From a virus, in the IMG/VR virus record IMGVR_UViG_3300045988_154140, positions 4,555 to 68,554 of that record: a DNA stretch of 64,000 nt; one strand, 5' to 3'. The notes under the pieces were generated by a model, which ran no database searches, was not told where the DNA came from, and saw nothing but the letters and a program-made list of their open reading frames with translations. Within the stretch, counting starts at the first letter, position 1, and every line of letters begins with the position of its first letter. Made by a program: the position numbers and the translations under genes. Positions 60,814 through 64,000 of this stretch are shown here, piece after piece.

Positions 60814-61232
60814 TGCTGTGCGTCCTCGTCATCTGCTGCCTGGCAGTGCCGAGAGCTTACGTAACCCCGCACACAAGCCTGCTGTCAGCACTCACCTATC
60901 ACTTCACACATGCGAACGCCTGGCACGTAGCACTCAACTTTCTCTTCCTGCTGAGGTACAAGCCGAGATGGAAGAGCGCGCTGTCGGGATGGCTCTGCGC
61001 CTCTGTGGCAGCGCTGTCACCGCTTGCCGCATGCACGATGCCCACGTGCGGGCTGTCAGGCATGTGCTACGCGATGATAGCGCGCAGCGATGTATGGTAT
61101 GGCAGGCCTAACTGGGTGCTGCTCCTCAGCAACGTGCCGCTGGCACTCTGGGGAGGCTTCAACTGGAAAATACACTTATTGTCTTACACTTTATCGTACA
61201 TACTATGGACTATACTCCACCGAAGAAAATAA
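60759..61232 (+). CDS. Minimal rhomboid-like intramembrane serine protease (157 aa, 6 TM)
   Basis: LTYHFTHANAWHVALNFLF (TM2 H..H...N), CGLSGMCYAMIA (GxSG) and NWKIHLLSY (TM6 His). Confidence 0.65.
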   Translation: MENAKTKAKPLAKTEDYLMLCVLVICCLAVPRAYVTPHTSLLSALTYHFTHANAWHVALNFLFLLRYKPRWKSALSGWLCASVAALSPLAACTMPTCGLSGMCYAMIARSDVWYGRPNWVLLLSNVPLALWGGFNWKIHLLSYTLSYILWTILHRRK

Positions 61233-63712
61233 TAAAGCCGCTCTCGGGAACCAGCACACTGGCCGAGCGTGTGGCGAAGAAGGAGGCTGACGCGCAGGAG
61301 GTCAAGGGGAACTCTGATGCCTTCAAGGTCTTCTCCGAAGAGCCTGACAAGAAGAAAAAGAAACCCTACGTGCGGACGCACGAACAGAAGCTCATGCCCA
61401 CCAACCCGAACATGGAGGAGGGGCGTGAACCTACGCATGCCAGAAAATCGCTCCTTGAGGCCATAGGAGGAGACTTCTCGCCAGAGGTGGAACAAGTACC
61501 CGCCGAAGAGGAGAAACGCGCCACGGAGGCCGAAAACGAGGAAAACAGCGCTACCCTGCCCGACTTGCAGGACGAGATAGAGCGTGAGGCGGCACGCGCG
61601 AAGGAGGAGCCGACCCTTGATGCCATCATGCAGGAGGACGAGAGGAGGATGGCAAGACTCACCCTGCAGGGCATTGACCAGATAACGGGAGAGGGCATGC
61701 CCGCCCACACAGAGCGCGTGGAGATACCCGACTACCCGATACCCGTGCAGTGGCTCACCAGGGAGGTCGCCTTGCAGCCGATGTACCAGAAGGTGATGGC
61801 GCTCGGCAGCATCAGCGCCTATGTGGAGTGGTTCAACCTGGTTCACAAGAGAGAACTGGAAGGCTCGGCCATCAACGAAGAGGATGTCATGCGCCAGCTC
61901 TTCCTGCTGCGCTTGCAGAGAGACCCGTCCTTCGCGTTCGCCAAGTGCTTCTACATCGCACACAAGCAGAGCGGAAAGAACGTGCCGTTCATCCTCAACT
62001 ACGCACAGATAATACTGCTGGAGAGACTGGAGCGCATGCGCAGGCAGGGAAGGCCTATAAGACTGGTGCTCCTCAAGGCGAGGCAGTGGGGAGGCTCAAC
62101 GCTGGTGCAGCTCTACATGGCGTGGATCCAAATCTTCATAAGGCAGGGATGGAACTCCGTCATCATCGCACAGACGAAAGACACGGCAAGGCGTATCAAG
62201 GGAATGTACTCCCGAACGCTCATGCACTTCCCTGCCGATGTCGTCTTCAACGTACCTAAGCTGCGCTTCTCGCCCAAGGAAGGCTCGTCGTCCGACTCCA
62301 CCATCACGGACGAGCAAGGAAAGGTGGTGCGCGACAACGTGGTCACCATCGCCTCGTTCGAGAACTTCGAGGCTACGCGAGGCTCCAACTTCGCTATGGC
62401 GCACTTCTCAGAGGTAGCCTACTGGACGACCACCCAGGGAAAGACAGCAGAGTCCGTCATCACGAACATCGCAGGAGGAATGCTGATAGCGCCTCTCACG
62501 CTGGAGGTCATGGAGTCAACGGCCAACGGTATGTCGGGCTTGTTCTATGATGCCTACCAACTTGCAAAGGACAGAAAGAAGAAGTCTTCGCGTGAAGCGC
62601 TCTTCATCCCGTTCTTCTACATCGCACACGACACCATACCGTTCAGGAGCGTCAACGAGAAGCTGGCCTTCGCAAGAGAGCTGCTACTTAATCGCTACGA
62701 TGAGACAGAGACACCGACCACCGAGTCAGGTCACTACCTGTGGTCTCTCTGGCAGAAAGGCGCATCGCTGGAGTCCATCAACTGGTACATAGCAGAGCGC
62801 GCGGGACACCACAGCCACGCGGGTATCGCCTCAGAGGCACCGTCCGATGACGTGGAATGCTTCAAGCACTCTGGCCACACCATCTTCGACCAGTACCTCG
62901 TTGACCGCTACAGGCAGGAGTACGCACGCGACCCCGACTATATGGGGGACATCATGCAGGGTGATGACAGGGTGCCGCGTCTCCTGCCGCAAGACCCCAA
63001 GGGGCTTCTGTGGATATGGCAGCGCCCAGACAACGCCCCGACCTGTGACCGCTATATCGTGGTGGTCGATGTGGGAGGACGCTCCACAAAGGCGGACTTC
63101 TCAGTGATTACGGTGGTTGACCGCTGGCCGCTGCGCTTCGGGGGCAAGGCAGAGGTGGTAGCCCGCTGGCGAGGACACATACGCTACGACTTCCTGGCAT
63201 ACAAGGCGGTCATGGTGGCTACCTACTACCAGAAAGCGCTCCTTGTCTTCGAGTCCAACACATACGACAAAAAGAAAGCAGAGGCTTCCGAGTTCGTTGA
63301 CCAGGGAGACCACACACGCGGCATCCTCGAGACCATCGAACACACCTACCAAAATCTTTACATGCGTGCTTCAACCTCTCCTGAAGACATCCGCAACGGA
63401 CGATACAAAAAAATAGGGTTTCAAACGAACGTGAAAACCAAACAGGATATGGTTGACCACTTCATTGTGTCCTTCGAGGACAACGTGCGTTTCCTTGACC
63501 CCGATTACAGAGCCTACGAAGAGATGGCAATCTACGAACAGAGGGAGGATGGTTCATACGGAAACATCGAAGGACGCGACAACCACGATGACATTCTGAT
63601 GACAGACATGATTGCAGACCTCATCTCAGACCGCATGCCACTGCCGTCAACGGCCAAGCCTGCCGCACGTGAGGGGATGAACTTCGAGACCATCAACGAG
63701 TCGTTCCTGTAG
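61205..63712 (+). CDS. terL: Large terminase subunit with an acidic N-terminal extension of about 230 aa
   Basis: LLKARQWGGSTL ATPase motif and IVVVDVGGRSTKADFSVITVVD nuclease motif. The N-terminal 230 aa are E/K/A-rich. Confidence 0.8.
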   Translation: MDYTPPKKIIKPLSGTSTLAERVAKKEADAQEVKGNSDAFKVFSEEPDKKKKKPYVRTHEQKLMPTNPNMEEGREPTHARKSLLEAIGGDFSPEVEQVPAEEEKRATEAENEENSATLPDLQDEIEREAARAKEEPTLDAIMQEDERRMARLTLQGIDQITGEGMPAHTERVEIPDYPIPVQWLTREVALQPMYQKVMALGSISAYVEWFNLVHKRELEGSAINEEDVMRQLFLLRLQRDPSFAFAKCFYIAHKQSGKNVPFILNYAQIILLERLERMRRQGRPIRLVLLKARQWGGSTLVQLYMAWIQIFIRQGWNSVIIAQTKDTARRIKGMYSRTLMHFPADVVFNVPKLRFSPKEGSSSDSTITDEQGKVVRDNVVTIASFENFEATRGSNFAMAHFSEVAYWTTTQGKTAESVITNIAGGMLIAPLTLEVMESTANGMSGLFYDAYQLAKDRKKKSSREALFIPFFYIAHDTIPFRSVNEKLAFARELLLNRYDETETPTTESGHYLWSLWQKGASLESINWYIAERAGHHSHAGIASEAPSDDVECFKHSGHTIFDQYLVDRYRQEYARDPDYMGDIMQGDDRVPRLLPQDPKGLLWIWQRPDNAPTCDRYIVVVDVGGRSTKADFSVITVVDRWPLRFGGKAEVVARWRGHIRYDFLAYKAVMVATYYQKALLVFESNTYDKKKAEASEFVDQGDHTRGILETIEHTYQNLYMRASTSPEDIRNGRYKKIGFQTNVKTKQDMVDHFIVSFEDNVRFLDPDYRAYEEMAIYEQREDGSYGNIEGRDNHDDILMTDMIADLISDRMPLPSTAKPAAREGMNFETINESFL

Positions 63713-63783
63713 CCGTTACACACGTGTAGCGTTTTCTTACCATATTTTATAGGGGAGGCAGAGCAGCTGAACCAGTAGAAAAA

Positions 63784-63819
63784 GAGTGGCGAGGGCAGCG
63801 TGTCGTCGCCACTCTTTTT
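63784..63819 (+). terminator. Rho-independent terminator GAGTGGCGA-N13-TCGCCACTC-TTTTT (A-run upstream, so possibly bidirectional)
   Basis: A 9-bp stem plus T5, read directly, 72 nt after the terL stop. Confidence 0.7.
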
Positions 63820-64000
63820 GCGTCTGGGCATACCGACACGGGAGGCAGGGTGGCGAGCGCAGCGATGGGTCGAAAATGGAGAGAAAAGAGGGCAAACATA
63901 CGGTTTCGGGACAATGGGGACAACCGAAAATCTGTATGTCCACCTATAACATGCTGGCATATTGTACGTTAGGTGTATTTTGGACAAATGCGGCCAAAAA

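Larger units (their letters stand above)
1..64000. mobile_element. Temperate tailed-phage genome segment; no host flank visible inside the window
   Basis: Portal, capsid, scaffold, large terminase, holin-lysozyme-spanin, replication module, repressor and integrase are all present; no housekeeping genes. Confidence 0.85.

Noticed and set aside
38086-63712. Stop-codon reassignment of late genes, prompted by the tRNA-like elements.
   Set aside because: Late genes form long, tightly abutting ORFs under the standard code. There is no pattern of in-frame TAG or TGA splitting them.
1-64000. A diversity-generating retroelement or retron near the fibre genes.
   Set aside because: No reverse-transcriptase motif (YxDD context) appears in any ORF. 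I also found no template/variable repeat pair around 52-55 kb.
63713-64000. A host junction or gene in the last 290 bp (minus-strand ORFs 63532-63987 and 63737-63943).
   Set aside because: The ORFs overlap the terL end or terminator and have Cys/Pro/Arg-rich shadow composition. There is too little sequence to call a phage-host boundary.

Overview
The whole 64-kb window reads as one segment of a temperate tailed-phage genome. Expression signals are Bacteroidota-style: TAnnTTTG -7 boxes, A-rich leaders instead of Shine-Dalgarno sites, and an IntDOT-like tyrosine integrase. I see no host housekeeping genes, rRNA or CRISPR array. Layout: (i) 1-34070 is one nearly gap-free minus-strand operon. It carries small HTH genes, a DUF2800 nuclease, a DUF2815 SSB, two non-canonical tRNA-like elements, a family-A DNA polymerase, a primase/VirE helicase, VRR-NUC, a DUF2829 (Tad2-like) protein, a MazG-like protein and several tandem paralogue pairs. 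It continues with a scrambled, frameshifted C5-methyltransferase-like gene, a PAPS-reductase-family gene and an SNF2 helicase. It ends in a single uninterrupted ORF of at least 4432 codons (13298 down to 1, running off the window) with two PARP-like ART modules, a pyrophosphatase-like module and two HExxH modules. (ii) 34.1-38.1 kb is the lysogeny switch: an AT-rich control region with helically phased A/T-tract arrays, a small autonomous transcription unit, an XRE repressor, three small membrane proteins, a secreted protein, and an integrase with a candidate attP upstream. (iii) 38.1-60.2 kb is the minus-strand virion/lysis block: a 1229-aa protein, portal, fibre/RBP genes, spanin-lysozyme-holin, capsid and scaffold. 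It is interrupted by a plus-strand cassette of four paralogous small helical proteins (43.8-46.0 kb). It is also interrupted by a moron island (48.7-51.5 kb) holding a Panacea-domain antitoxin with an unknown partner, a DnaA-C-like HTH, a PI-PLC-like phosphodiesterase and a Gp49/HigB-like + XRE pair. (iv) 60.4-63.7 kb is plus-strand: a small protein, a minimal rhomboid-like protease, and a large terminase with a long acidic N-terminal extension. A 17-bp palindrome TTTGA-N7-TCAAA lies exactly 19 bp upstream of the -7 box of four late promoters. All functional calls rest on motif recognition by eye from the translations; no database search or folding program was run.
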